From Azolla caroliniana (taxonomy: Eukaryota > Plantae > Polypodiophyta): a stretch of DNA of 64,000 bases. This document shows, piece by piece, positions 48,201 to 62,530 of this stretch; the stretch's first letter is position 1; the number at the start of each line of letters is the position of its first letter. Below the pieces are notes generated by a model, which did not search any database, was not told where the DNA came from, and saw only the letters and a program-made list of their open reading frames with translations. Location: contig JBHGNT010000006.1 in assembly GCA_043228905.1 (NCBI GenBank), forward strand, positions 5,828,001 through 5,892,000, given 5' to 3'. A program made the translations under genes and the position numbers.

Positions 48201-51200
48201 GTGTTCTTCAGATTCCAGTCCTTCATGACACAATTGGCAAATTCTTTTTTCTAGAGGTATTCATGTATATCTGCCTACCTCAATCTCTAACTGATGTGAT
48301 GAAGTTCTCAGCTGCCCTATCCCACTGCGCAGTGCATAGGATAGATGTATGTCCATATAAGGTGGCTTGATGATGAATCCATCCTTGGATGTGTGTAGAA
48401 AGTGTGTCTTGTAGTGGGCCATCTTTGTACTAAGTAATACTTAGGGGCTGATCCATGTTATATTGTTTTCCATGTTAATAATATCAGTTTGGATCAATCT
48501 ATTCTTTTCCACCTTGGTCATATTTAGACGGGGACAATCCAAGCTATATTTCGGCAAATGTGAAGTGCTTCATAGACGAAGCATTTCCAGGTTATTAGCT
48601 TCTAAATTTCTCTTTGTTTGAATTGCCTCTAAATTCAAGGTATTGGAAGATATCAATGTCCTCATGAGAAACAAATAAACATGTACAAGAATAGAAACCA
48701 GAACAAATTTGATCTAGGCAAAAGAAGGGCTAGCTGAAACTCATAAGAGTGACAAAACCAATCAGATGTGTAGAATCAATACAATATGGAGGTTTTCTAA
48801 TTAAAACGTCAATGTGTAATGTTCTACAATGTCTTTGTGACATTATCCCTTAAGATTTTTCGGTAATTATGCTAGATGTGACCTTTAAAGCCACACTAGT
48901 GTCAAATAAGCTCCTTGTGGGCTGGATTATTGGCTGGTCAAGATGAAGATTTACTGTTATTAGGTGAGGCATTCCATTTTCTTTTGCTGTTAACAACAAG
49001 ATGAACTGCTAGTACGCCTTGCAGCCCTATCTTGTAACATCCCAACAAATGTATTCAAAGAGGGAGCAATGGTAGCAATGGGGCACAGTTTCAGCTCAAA
49101 CCGAACCGAACCGTTAAGCCATGGTTTAACGGTTTATTGGTTCCAAAAAAAATTAATGGTTTAGATTTTCGATAAATGGTTCGGTTCTAAAACTCGGGTT
49201 TATAGGTTTGGTTTAAAGGTTTATAGGTTTTTGGTTAACTTTTTTTTACCTTAATAGTTTATTAATTTAATGGTTCAATTAAAGTTTCTTTTATTGATTT
49301 AATAAATTTAACTTAAATGCTTATTTAATTTAATGTATTATATTTATTTAACTATTTAATTAGTTTAACTTAAATGGTTAGGTTTGGTTTCAACTTTTCC
49401 CTAAACGGTTTGGTTTACTTTTTCTTGAATGGTTTGGTTTAAATACTTGAGAGTTCATAAACGGTTTGGTTTGGTTTCTTTGCCTTGAAACGGAACCGTG
49501 CCCATTGCTAAGCAGTGGGAAGAAGGAAAATAGTGTCCCAAAATGGCTTCAAAGATTCTGGGAGCTTGGATACTAAGTGATGCACAAACTCTTCTTCAGT
49601 GGCCTTGCTACCCAAGGAAACAAGTTGCTTTTGGATAGAGGCAAAATCTATGATCTGCTCCATAATATCAGGACCATTAGAAGATAGCTAGTTGGTTCTC
49701 CAAAGTGATAATTTGAGCCTTATTGGCTCTATAATACCTTTGTTGGATTGTATCCGACAACTATTTTGCTGTCTTGTCATCTTTGCTAAGAAATTGACGA
49801 GCATCTTAAGGCTTTATGTAGAAGAGCATGAAAGCATGAGCGTGACCATCTTTGTCTCACCAAGAGTCAATAGCATCTTGTGTGGGTGTTGAAGATGAAA
49901 CAATAGAGATAGTTGGTTCCATCTAGAATGCACTCTTTGGGAAGTTGCGGAATGGTGGAAGAGATAATAGTTGGTTCCTATAAAGATATAAATGGATTGT
50001 CGCAACCAGGTGCACAAGGGCTGCCTCCTCCATAAAGGATAGCTCAAGTGGGAAAATATAGGCGGTTTGGAGAGTGTTCTCTTTCGGGTGGGAGGGATGG
50101 AAATGGAAAAAAACAAATGGTTGCCTACTCAAAGAAAATTGAGTTCAATGGATGAAATTTTGCGTGGAGACTATGAAGACCTCACAGCTCTGATACCATG
50201 TGAGAAACTGTTATGAGCAGTTGTAAGATGCCAAAGAGGTAGCAGCAGCTCAAAACCTTTAAGTACAAAAATATGAGTGGGTTTTATAACCCATGCATTC
50301 ATGAAAGAAGATAAAATATTCCTAGATACACAATGATTTAACACCTTTAAGAGGCCAAAATGGCCTATAAGACCAAACAAAAGATTACATCTGAAGTGTT
50401 GTCTCGTCTTGAGAACAACATATCAAAATAAAATAAGTATTACTCAGTAAATATAAAAGTAAATAAGATAAAAACAGACGAGGGAATCTGGTTTTCGGCA
50501 CATGTGAGATTCTCAAGTTAGACATTAAATGCTGTAATGAAGTAGTGGTAGGTTCTAAAAATAAACTGTAATAAATGCAGAGGGAGATGGCAGAAGGGAG
50601 AGATCAATTCTGGGCTTGGCGTCCTCCAACAATCCTCTTGTGAATCGGACATCTGTAGCCGCTCTCATGGTCGTCATAGGTTCTCTAAATACTACTATAT
50701 AGAATCCTCATACAGTCTGTTGAGACTTTGGAGTTCATTAAGTGCATAACAATTTATGTCTATTCCTAGATCCTAGACCTAGAGTTTGGCATGACAACTA
50801 CTTTTGTATAAAGTGATTGAACAAAACAAAGACCAATACTGGGGGGTTTGGTATAATACCTGACTAGTTGTAAATCTTCATCACTCACTGCTTTATCAGG
50901 AAGCAATGATGCGTAGTCCAGCAACAAAACTGAGACGAAATGGCGGTGGATAAACTTTTAAGAAAATCCTAACAAAGAAATAAAAACAGAAGCATAAAGT
51001 GGAAACTTACGAAGATTTTCACAAACTCGTACAATTGTTTGAACAGTGCTCATGAAAAAGGAACTATTTCCAGGAGTAAGAGGCCCAACCACAAGATGCT
51101 GTAGAAAAAGCGACAAGAACCGATCTCTCACATCACCTGTATAACAAGAAGACAGTTTTCAAAAACTCTAAACCAAAGATTCTATCAGAAATAAGCCACA

Positions 51201-54200
51201 ATGTAAACTAAGACAAAAACATGTTTCAAGTAGATGCACACATCTGAAATTAAGACACTACACAACAAACCTGTGCAAACTTCAGGGTCAAAGCAGTGCA
51301 AGTTTGCCATAATCTTTACAAATAAAGATGATCTTTCTTTAGAATATGTGGCAAAATTTACTTTTCCTGCTGACAAGCAGCAACCAGATGAAACATCTGG
51401 CAACAGTGGAGAATTTCTTGTTGTTTTTCTTGTGGATTCAAGTAGTGAGTTCTTCAAGGGAAGCATAGCAGCACCAGCGGCCCAAAATGGATCATACATA
51501 AGAACAGGATCAGATATTAAGTTTTCAATACTGCCTCTTACAGGACTGTTACACCATCCTGACAGAAAGGCCGACGGGGATGATGCAAGTACATCTGCAA
51601 GGTCAGAAGCCTGAGTAGACACACACATAGTTCGTTAATGGATATCAGCGAGATCGTTTATGATGTATAGATGTTATTTTTTATTGCTAGAGGTTTACTT
51701 ACAATGTGATCCATTACAAGGGTATGAAAATTGGAATCATCTGAAAATATGTCTGCTAGATACATTGCATGAATATACATAAGACCACATGGAACATCAT
51801 CTCCTGATTCTCGCATGTCTGGCAGCTCCTCCAATAGTGCTTTTTTCACAAGAGCTAAAACCTACATTAAAAAAGTGAAGGTGTACATTTAATCAAAGAA
51901 ACTATATGTAAATCCTTAAACAATGACTAGAAACTATCACGTTTTTTGACATAAAGCAATTTCCAATAAGAATCAAGCAACAATATGGCCTCAAGGACAA
52001 ACACAGGATGGACAGAAAACAGAAATAGGAGATCTTCTGTGCATACTGGATTAGTGCTGAAGTTTTCCCAAGGTCACTCCAACAGTTCCGTAAGAAGATA
52101 AGAAGGTAATCTCTTCCCTCATCTAGAGATATAACTATGAGGATTCTGTCAAACTTCAAGACTGAATGGAGCTTTCCAGACTCAGTCTCCATTGTCCCCA
52201 CGCAACCTCTATATGGGCCACCTTTTATACAATCAGAGATAATCTTTCCCTTCTCATGAGTTTTTGAAAGAATCCAACACCAACATTTACCTATGATAAA
52301 CAAAGATCTTGATTCTGAAATCATTAATTGATTCAATGTAATCCATGAGAAATGCTACTGTCGAACAGAATCTACCCCCATGAATTTGGAAGATTAAGAA
52401 TTGTCACTTAAAAACTAGAAACACTCGGAAGTTGATGTTATGCCTAGTGAAAAATACCCCTCCAGGATAGACATTGACAACATGCTTCTGGTTTGGGACT
52501 ACAGGCAACATGTGACTTTTTTCACTACAGATGTGAATCCATGTGAAATCCAGTCCATTAGAAAAGGAGGTGTGAATATCAAATATAACCCAAGTTCTTG
52601 AGCTAATATGAAAAATTCAGAGGGTTAAATACAAATTCCAATAGTGAAAAGAAAGCGTGTTCGGGAAGCAAAGAAATTATATTATCTCTTGAGCATCTTG
52701 ATCAGAAAAACTCAAGCAATGAGGGCACATAATTAAATATTTGAAACATTAATAGCCACAGTAAAGAACTTTGCTCAGCTATTTAAGAAATTGACAGTGT
52801 TGCTTTTAATGATTAATAAAGAGAAGCAGTAACCTCTGCAGCAACTGCTTCGGCCACTCTCATGGTCTTTGGATGTGTTGCTATCTCATCTAGAAATGAG
52901 ACAGATTCTGTCTCACAAAATTTGACCATCTAAAATAATTAAAAACAGAAGCTTTCAAAATTTGTCTGCAATTTCAAGCACATGTAGTGGAACCAGTCCA
53001 TCAATATTACGATATATAAATATGTGAGAAATAAATCTTACATCCACAATAAATTCTCACCAAAGCTAGAACTTTTGACTTGATTCTGGAAATAAGTGAT
53101 ACAAGATACTTTGATTCAGTGAGCAATATTGGCAACTGTAATTTCAAGGCAACTAATGCTAGACGTAGGAGTCCCCCATGCTTGCACAATTCCTGAATAG
53201 ATAGAATAGTTCAATGTTAACATCATCCAAGGTGTTGATTTAAAAAAATCATTACCTACTATGCCAGTCAAATTTGCATATGATAACTCTTGGACAAAAA
53301 CATGCACAAAAACATACAACTTTGCGCAAGCCAAAAGAGATTCATATTAACAGAAGCCACAAAAGTATTTCAGTTAAGGCCCCAGCAGCCCCCAGCAGGT
53401 GAACCATAGGAGGTAGCCCAAGGAGCTTGATTTCACTACCAATCAAACTCAGTCATTCCTGGCTCAGGGAGTACCTTCAGCATTTTGGGAAAGCTCAGAA
53501 ATACCTATACGTTCGTAATATTGGGTTTTGTTTTGTAGCAAAAATAATCTGTGTAAATGTTGTTTACGCATACCATGTGTGCAAGCACTCGATCGCGGAA
53601 AGCAATTGGTTGACTGAGAGACTGTAAGACCTGCACAGAAGCTTCACATTGCTGTGCTATTACTTGGGCCATGCTTTCTGCTACAGCTATAGTCACTTTG
53701 TTTGCCATCAGTTTAGCATTTAATATACGGAGTTTGGAATGTAGAAGTCCAATTGCTCTCCTCACTGCATCAAATGCTACATCCATGAAGATGTCGACCT
53801 GCAAGACGCAATTAAAAATAAAAAAGGAGTTCAGGAAAGGACGATCAACTCTTATAACAATGTTCGGTCATTATAAACTTTGCCCCTTGAGGAACAGAAA
53901 CAGACATTTAGAAGTACATCTAATCTTCCCTTTTGAATACACAGAACAAAGGTGAACGGACAATCATTGTTCCCATCATATATACAGCATTATTACCGGA
54001 GCAGGCGATTCATAACATAACCAAAGAACGAACTTCCATAACTTGTTGATAGGAGATGAGAAGGAAATTGAGGAAGAAGGGAAAGAAGAAAAGGGAAACT
54101 TTTGATGGTTCAACTTTCTAGCAGTTGAAACATAGTTTATTACATCATTATACATCCTAAATATTACACCGAGACAGTTTGTTAAAAGAATAACCTTTTT

Positions 54201-57200
54201 GACAAACTATATGGAAAAGATTACATCTAACAAGGAAGAATGAAAGAAATATTAATGTCTTTTAAGAGGATAAAATGGCCTATTAGACCAAACAAGACAT
54301 TACATCTTAAGTGTAGTCTCGTCTTTGAGAACAACAAACCAAAATAAATGCTACTAAGTAAATAAAATAAAAAGTGACTAAAGAATCTTGTTATCAGTAC
54401 ATTCAAGATTCTCATGTCAGATATATTGCAATTTTTGTTTTCGAAAGATCTCTAGCATATGTCAACCCAGAATGGAGAGGTCTCTGAAGAAAGGGAAGCA
54501 ATTAAGATGGCAGGAGATAATGGCCTTAATCTGTCAATGACGAGGATGGTGAGATAGTGGTTGATGAGGCTGGGTCTACATGCATAGAAAATTGTGATTG
54601 CTCAATCTATTATAACCCCTTTGCTATGTCATGGTCAGGAGGCCATTTGTGTAGCCCTTCATTGCGTTGTAACATGAGTGGGAGTGATGGGGTAAAGAAA
54701 GTTGTGATTGTTCTTTGTTGATGAGCTTGTGTGGTTGTATTGTTGTCCCTCAACAACTTTTCCATGTGTCTCTTGAGTTCTAGCAAGACACCAAGAACAG
54801 TTGGTCCTCATATTCCATTACCTTGCCTAGTGAGTCAAAGCCTTGCTTAAAGAAGAAAGAAAGAAATATTGATGTCTTTTAAGAGGCCAAAATGGCCTAT
54901 AAGACCAAACAAGAGATTGCATCTTAAGTGTTGTCTCATCTTTGAGAACAACAAATCAAAATAAAATAAATATTACTCTGTAAATAAGATAAAAAGAGAC
55001 GAGGGAATCTGGTTTTTGGCACATGTGAGATTCTCAAGTTAGGTATACTGTAGCTTTTGTCTTCGAAAGATCTCTGGCATAGGTCGATCCAGAATGGAAA
55101 GGGGCAATGGTATCTCCCTCTTATTTCATAAATAATGCTACAATTCCACTCCCTAATGACATAATTGGCAAACTCTTCCTTCTAGAGGTATCTGTGCATA
55201 TCTGTCTTCCTCAATCTCTAATTGATGTGATGAAGTTTGCAACCACCCTATCACATTGCACATTGCATAGATAGATGTATGTCCATATAAGATGGTCTGA
55301 TGATCAATCCATCCTTTGACGTGTGTACCAAGTGATATTTTGGGGTTTATCCATGTTATTTGTTTTCCAAGTCAATAATATCAGTTCTGATCACTCTATT
55401 TTTTTCCACTTTGGTCATGTTTAGATGGGGACAATCAAGGCTATATTGGAACAGGGGTAGTGCATGTACATTTATGGCATGTGGCTCAAACAGTTGTTGA
55501 ATTGCAGCATACTAACAATGAATATCTCCATGTTCAAGAAGTTGTTTTGATGACATAAGTGCCAACATTGAATACCTCTGTTTAGGGAGCTCCCAAAGCC
55601 GTTGAATACAGATTACTGATCGGAATAATGCCTCGATGGTTATAGGGCTGCTCTCGTATCCCCCTGGATTATATCATGGGACACCGATGCTTTGCTCCTT
55701 ATCATGCGGGCAATTATTAAGACTGTAAATTTTTCTAACTATTTTATTTGTTAAGACTCAGGTTCCCACGTTTCTACTCAGTAGAAAAGAGTTGGTGTGA
55801 CAAGTGTATCAAATAGCCACCATTTAGTTTGTGGCTCTTGGAACTGCAAATGTGCACATTATCTTTCAAGCGCACCAAGGGCTGCATATCCACAAGCAGC
55901 CTGCCATAAGGAGAACCTAAGCCCTGAGAATGTTATTCCTAGGTATGTGTAGGAGCGTGTGTATGCTACCTTTTCCTCTCCCAAGAAGAATCCAGGTTCT
56001 GATCTTGTTACCATGCTTGAGTGGTGTTAAACACCATCGACAAACCCCATACAAAATACTTTTAAGGCGTTTAGATGTCTTTGTGGTCCATTCAGAGAGT
56101 CGGAGATCAGCATAATAACATTCTCATACAGTAATAATTGTATGTCTAAATCTGCTAGGCATGCTCCCAAATTCCCGAATCTCTCTATGTAATATGATAC
56201 CTCATCTATATAGAGACCGAAGAGAATGGGTGATAGTATGCAAGGAACCTAAATAACTAGGTGTGGATGAGTTCTTATTTAGTAGTATCTGAAAAGTCTG
56301 AGGAGACATAGCATTCAACCTTATTGTTAAGTTCATGTTCCTAAGATGACATTGTTATAGAAATCTAGCAAACCTAGATTAAGCTTTTCTATATTTGCAT
56401 TCAAACATAACCCTAATTTAGTTAATTAAAGAATTTAACAAATTCATTTGACATATTGTTAATAGTTCATGGACTTGTTCTTTAATGAGAACAATCAGCA
56501 CATTGTGAATGAAATATCCCAGACTTGTGTGCCTTAACTCTACTATATATGTCTCGTATTCTGGAAACCAACCTGGTTCTCGTTACAAAGCAGAATGTCC
56601 AAGTTACTACTTGAGTACAGCCTCTGTAATCATGTCTTTTTGTCATGTTCTTGATTGCAAATATGGACAATCTCAGCCAAACAGCATATAATTGCAAACC
56701 AATTGAAGAAAAAAAAACACCAATAATATTATCAGTGTACTGAAAAATATTACCTTAGGGTGTGCCAAAAGTACAGGCACAATCTCTACCCACTCTGTCG
56801 CTACAAATGCAGGAAGTAGATGAAGCGAGCAAGCAACAAGGGATGTATGCAGCATTATGGTAGAATTTCTAACTCTATTACCCTGGACGCATTACAACAA
56901 ACAACTTGAGTAGTGCTATTTATAGCTTAAAAACTCAGCACAGCATACAACCATGATTATATGCACCTGCTGTGGGCCTGCTAGAGTTATAAGTGTGTAC
57001 ACAGTAAGATCAATAATTTGCTGCCTTATCATAACATCCTGAAGAAATATCTGCAAGACACCAAATATGCTTTCAGAAGTCAGCAATGTAAATTTTTGCA
57101 TCACCGTCAATTCTCCAAGTGAGATATTCTCAATTGGTAGTTGAGCTGTAAAAGATAAACTAGATTCAAGCCTTTCCTCCATTAGTAGTTAGATATCTGT

Positions 57201-60200
57201 AAAATAGAGTAATAATATGAAAGAGAAATAAAAATTGTATGGTTAAAATTTTTTGTACTGCATTGTTAGAATAAGAGGTAAATTTTGATAGTATTTTACT
57301 ATTCAACTGTTAATGAAATAAATAAAACTGTGTTTTAGCATAGGTGCACACAAATATAATGCTGTTCTGGAATATGAACTCTTATGGAAGTCCAGAGAAT
57401 AATTTCAGATATCTCAGTGAGAACTTTGACTCTAAATGATGGGTGGATATAAGAGTTTATGGTCTACATGCAAAGTAGAAATAAAATTCAGGAAAGTTGT
57501 ACACAACATTTCTCTATGACTATTTGGCCAAGGTTATGAATTCTTCGACATGCAATGAATAAGCATAGTATATCTTGCATGCGTTGAAGTTCATTTGGCC
57601 CAAAGTACTGTTAGATAAGGCAATGGCATCTTCTCCTTATCACATAGTAGATTGTGAAATGAAAACATAATACTCCTCTAATTTCAGGTCTGTGTTAGCC
57701 TGTGTAAACAGTGTAAATCTGAGGTGCAGTATTGTATTGATGTTAATTCATGAGTCTACTCCCCACTAAGCTTGCTCGGTTCACGCAGTTCATACAGAAG
57801 AAATCCATCGGTAAGAGACAAGAGCAGAGACTTCCCAGGTAGAAGGTTGCTCATACTGCCATAACACCCTTCTAGGCAACATCAATGGCAGGAAAACCTC
57901 AGGTAATATAGATCAAGTAAACCTTAGGGTATCCTAGTGGGTTCTGTCTGTATGTTGTAGTTTACAGAATAAGGAGATTCGAATAGTCACCATTTCGGCA
58001 GATTATGATAAATACATAACTGAAACCCATGGTGATCTAGACAAGAGCCATCAACAACATTGCCATTACATATTTTATTGTGTGATATAGTCACGAAAAG
58101 GTGTTTGATGATACATTCACAGTTCTATTTTGTGCTAGCCATAGCATGTGTGAATAATTTATAACAAGCTAAAAGAAACTGTTACTGAGATTACCTGATC
58201 GAGCTTAGGGTGGCGGAGAGAAAGGTCGCTGAGAGAATGAAGAAGGCGGACACCACGTAATAAGTAGCGCAATCTACATTCAGATGCTCTCATAGCCACA
58301 CAAGCCAATAAATGCAAAGGAAGGCCTACAACCAGTTGTTGCAAATCGACCTATTTTTCAAGCATTACTTATATGTGAGGACTCAAACTAAAAACTACAT
58401 TTGAGAATAAAAGTGAGAAAGAACTTCAATCTGATTTCTCACTCTAACAAAAATGCCTCGACCAGTTCTCAGTCGTAAAGTTAACAACCGTGGTGAGTCT
58501 TTTAATAGCTTATAGATTTCTTTTGCACTCAAATCATGAAGTTCTTCAACAGCTCCAAAAATATCAATAACCTGCCATGATAATTGTTTCATCAGAAAGA
58601 TTCTGTAAGCACAACATGCATTACCAAGTTACATTTTTGAAAGTTTAAAAATGTAGATCTTTGGATGCCTACAGGGGAAGTTGAACAAACATAAAATTGT
58701 AAATCAAATTGAAGCGAATGGATAAACAACGAAAACCAAATGATGGGGGCGACGATTAATCCCTTCCTTTCTGGATCGACCTATGCTAGAGATCTTTCGA
58801 AAACAAAAGTTACAATACATCTAACTTGAGAATCTCACATGTGCCAAAAACCAGTTTCCCTCGTCTTTTTTTATCTTATTTACTTTTATATTTACGGAAT
58901 AAAATTAATTTTATTTTGATTTGTTGTTCTCAAAGACGAGACAATACTTAAGATGTAATCTCTTGTTTGGTCTTATAGGCCATTTTGGCCTCTTAAAAGA
59001 CGTTAATATATCTTTCTTTCCATTCTTTTTGTATGTTTTTCATTTTCATATAGGGGATGTCAGCCAATATAACAGTATACCTTCTGCAATAAGTGGATGA
59101 TAAAATGCAAATTTCATTCTACTTAAGACCTTATGAATGAGTCAATTATCCTTTTTGGGGGGTACAACCACAAAAGGCATGTCAAATCATATTGTGAATG
59201 GGTATTACACATTTACTTATCTTAAATCTACCTATGCTTTCTCCTCAACCTGACAAAGGCATCTATATCAATGTAGAGTCATATATAGATCTCAAATGAG
59301 GCAACCATAATACCAAAGTTTATAATACAGTTCCTTAATGAAATATGCTACAGAATGCATTGACATGGGGATGCATCCAGATCTATTCAGACAATTTGTA
59401 ACTCCACCTCCTGAAATATGGCATTTTCCCCTGTGTCAATAATTTACATATATGGGAAATGATCTATTGATCACATTCAACTGGATATGAACCTCCTACA
59501 ATCTAGCTAGCTACACAATATGCTTATGCATACACAAATAGATATATCTGACGTTTTCATACATAATCATATGCTTTACCTTCATCCCAATGAAATATCA
59601 AGTTTCTACATTCACTTAAAACGTCCTTATAGATTATAAAAACATCAAAATAGCCTCAATTTTGCTACAACATAAAGAACCCAACCTACTGAAGATATTT
59701 AATATACTGACCACATTAAATCGGCATGGAATCTTCTACTCTTGTGTATACATACAGAAATTATTATTCATATTTTTTCCTTTCATAAAAAAGGAAAACA
59801 TGTTTCTACAGTTTCTTGAAATACCACTATAGCTAATTAGAATATAAAGAAAGATAACAATTTGTTACCACATCAAGAAATCTAAATGTAAAGATCTGCC
59901 TATTGATCACATTCAATTGAGATTTTCTGCCTAGCAATAGGATAGGCATAAGCATTACATAAATATATATACACACATTATTAATTCACACATAATGACA
60001 TTAGAAAAAAGCATGTTTCTATAGTCAGTTAACATATCCTTAGAAAAGATGAAAGTATGTAAGATTCCCCCAATTTACTGCAACATGTAAGAATCCAATG
60101 ATGGGATCATCTGCAGATAGACTAGTACAAAAGATCCGATTACTTAATAGACAGATCCCAATCTGACAGTTAACATAAGACTGAAAATAAATTAAATGAA

Positions 60201-60306
60201 ACGAAAAAGGAAAAAGGAAAAAGGAAAAAGAGAAAGAGAAAGTCCTTTTTCTCGTTGTTCATATAGAAAGACTGACCTTGCAGAGAGAATCTTTCTCGTA
60301 GCTCAT
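45214..60306 (-). CDS. NDX: Nodulin homeobox (NDX)-like protein; N-terminal NDX-A region present, homeodomain not found
   Basis: Exons approximately 60306-60277, 58571-58443, 58330-58195, 57051-56967, 56884-56754, 53798-53629, 53250-53061, 52931-52834, 51861-51702, 51611-51330, 51137-51010, 50909-50861, 45978-45917, 45833-45607 and 45531-45214. Motifs: AVEELHDLSAKEIYKLLKDS, LPLHLLA...RYLLRGVRLLHSLSDL, VLLAHPKVDIFMDVAF, AQQCEASVQVLQSL, LADIFSDDSNF. The 3' end is uncertain. Confidence 0.85.
46124..46470. repeat. Intronic minisatellite (aagactgagcatacaataaggcygtaatgatgagcacata...)
   Basis: About 7 variable units of 25-65 bp. Confidence 0.9.
47526..48670 (-). mobile_element. 5'-truncated RTE-X-like LINE with (TTTC)n-like tail
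   Basis: Minus strand reads ...IGQLRTSSHQLEIEVGRYT*IPLEKRICQLCHEGLESEEH*VC...YEIRGRYHCLF...MEYDDQQCLGLFLLEL. The 3' UTR is shared with copies at 50338, 54238, 54853 and 58772. Confidence 0.75.
48800..50200 (+). mobile_element. Decayed L1-like LINE ORF2 fragment (interrupted by the hAT MITE)
   Basis: Fragmentary Trp-rich ORF2-like translation on both sides of the MITE, with many stops. Confidence 0.35.
49073..49510. mobile_element. hAT-family MITE
   Basis: TIR tagcaatggggcacagtt / aaccgtgcccattgcta; 8-bp TSD agcaatgg / agcagtgg (1 mismatch); AACCG/CGGTT subterminal repeats. Confidence 0.85.
50338..50523 (-). mobile_element. 3' end fragment of the RTE-X-like LINE
   Basis: ctttaagaggccaaaatggcctataagaccaaac...gcacatgtgagattctcaagttag, shared with the other copies. 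Confidence 0.8.
54238..56120 (-). mobile_element. Two adjacent 5'-truncated copies of the RTE-X-like LINE (54238-54852, 54853-56120)
   Basis: Same 3' UTR as 47526. The second copy is followed by ORF2-like sequence (..YTRSYTYLG..WLFDTLVTPTL..). Confidence 0.75.
58772..59020 (+). mobile_element. 3' end fragment of the RTE-X-like LINE, opposite orientation
   Basis: ...ggtcttataggccattttggcctcttaaaagacgttaatatatctttctttc is the reverse complement of the other copies. Confidence 0.85.
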
Positions 60307-62379
60307 AGCTTCTGTACTGATTTACAAGCTTTCCTGGCTATGGAGAATGGGAAAGGACAACTGAACTGTTCTTTAGAGAAGGGATTCTTGGGTTTCCGTC
60401 GGTTTCCGTCGTCTACTTCGTCAGCTGCTGCTGCTGCTTTTCTGTCTTTTCTTCTGTTCTTTGTTTTTCGCTTATGAGATGGTGTATTTGGGTGGTAGGG
60501 TGGTTACTTCTGCTTAGTGGTGATGGTGGTGAAGGTCAAGATCAAAGGGTGTAAAAACTGTTAAAATAAAATTAAAAAAAGAGCTCTTCCAAAGAAAGGA
60601 GTCCTAAATTCTCTACTATGGACTAGTCTAGTCCAGGTCCAGGTCCTAGTCTGCTCTGCTCTGCTCTGCTCTAGTCTGCTCTGGGATTCACAATCACTCG
60701 GGTCTTGACACAAGCATGCATTCATACCAGCTTTAGCAGCGTTCAACCCCTCTTCCTCCCAGAACAACAAACCCAAGTTGATGGTGTATGCCAATTTCTA
60801 TTTGTTTAGGGCTCCTCAACGGGGGGGGGGGGGGGTAGGTCAATTGCATTGTCTAGTTTCCTGGTGCAAATTGGACTCTCACTAATGTGGATTTGTGGAA
60901 GAGAGCTACCAGGGCTTGGCTCAACTTGTGCTTTCATATTAATGAAGTGGAAATTTGATTCTAGTTTGTCATAATTACACTTTGTTGAGCTTAGGTGCAC
61001 TAGTTTGAGTCAAGGTTTCCCCTTTGGTTTTCAATTAGGACATTCTATGCGAGCAACATAAGGGTTTTGTTTGACCGAACTTTGCTCACGTTAGTATATG
61101 GAAATCAACTTGCTTTGTCTACTGCAAATGGACTCCTTGGGGTTAGTAAACACCTCTCTTAACTGTAAAACAAACAATTGACATTATGAAGTGATTTATC
61201 CTGAGGGGATTGATGCTTGCATAATAGATGTTTGTGTGTACAAGATGCCCTTCATAATCTCAAATGGATGAACACTTCTTTATTATTTTGTTTTAGTTGA
61301 AGTTGAAACAAGTTATCACGTACTACTTTGTTTATTAACTTAGTTGTTCATCGCCTTTTGTTTTTGTTGCCGCGAGTTTCGATTATGTTCTTTAGTCCAC
61401 TTTAACAAAGAAATTCCCGACCTCCATGCCTTGCAAAATAGATACCCAAGTTTAGATGAGTTAACATTATCCCAAGATCTGTTTACATTCCACCTCACTC
61501 CAGAGGAGGGCAAATGTACTTTTGAGTGATGATCTACCTCGAATGCCCTTGCGTGATTGTGCACACAACACACTTAAACGGAACACGATTATAATAGGGA
61601 GGCAAAGTGAATGTTTGTGGCTTAGTGTACCTAGATAACTACACGTCGATTACACCGCAGACACGATTATGCAAAGATACAACGAAAGGAGGTAGTTCAT
61701 TGCTTGAAATAGAACAATGATAAATTGTTATAAGCTATATATTATATGTTATGGATGTCTCTGTTATAAATGCACCCTAGGGGTGAGTTATATAGGTCAC
61801 TATCATGCTCAATGTTAAGTACTTAATCGTTGGTCTCTATAAAACTGAATTAGTCCCGTGATCATCTTGAGGTATATTTAAATTTCCTTTTATACAATAT
61901 GGTCTTTCGATAGTTTCACAGTTGTTGGACAACCGAAAACCGCTATTATTTTCAAAAGTGAATTTGTCAAAAAGAAAAAACATTTTTTAGAAGAAAAACG
62001 AGAATTGTTGTTGTGATGATCTTGATTCTCAATGTACAAAGTAAAACATCAATGCTTTCGAAACTCATAATCATAATTAGTACAAGACATGTGCTAAAGC
62101 ACAATGTCAATGAATTGTTTTATCAATTTATCGTTGATGGTGGAGAGGTTGTGCTATTCTTTTGAAGATTGTATTCGACATAAAATCTCATCATATTTTA
62201 GGTTAATAACATACACATTACCAATTTTACTCCCAACATAATGGCGTTACAACTTTGAAGTTGCCACATTTTCCATAATACAAAGAGCAAAAGCAATACC
62301 ACTACTTTTTAAAATATGTAAACTCAATTACATGTGTGTTAGTATTATTTTCTTATTCCTCCAGGTACAATAGTGGAAA

Positions 62380-62530
62380 TGTGGGTAGTTGGTTGACCTT
62401 ATTGATAGTATGTACATGCTTTGGCAATATAGATAGGGGGAAATTATGCTCGAATGAAGTTATGAAATTGGATCCTGATACAATAGTAGGATATGCATTG
62501 TTGTCAAGCATGTATGCTGAAAGTCACATA
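62380..62530 (+). pseudogene. Isolated PPR E-domain fragment
   Basis: WLTLLIVCTCFGNIDRGKLCSNEVMKLDPDTIVGYALLSSMYAES matches the E-domain pattern W..LL..C...GN...G......L..LDP.....YVLLSNMYA. Confidence 0.65.
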
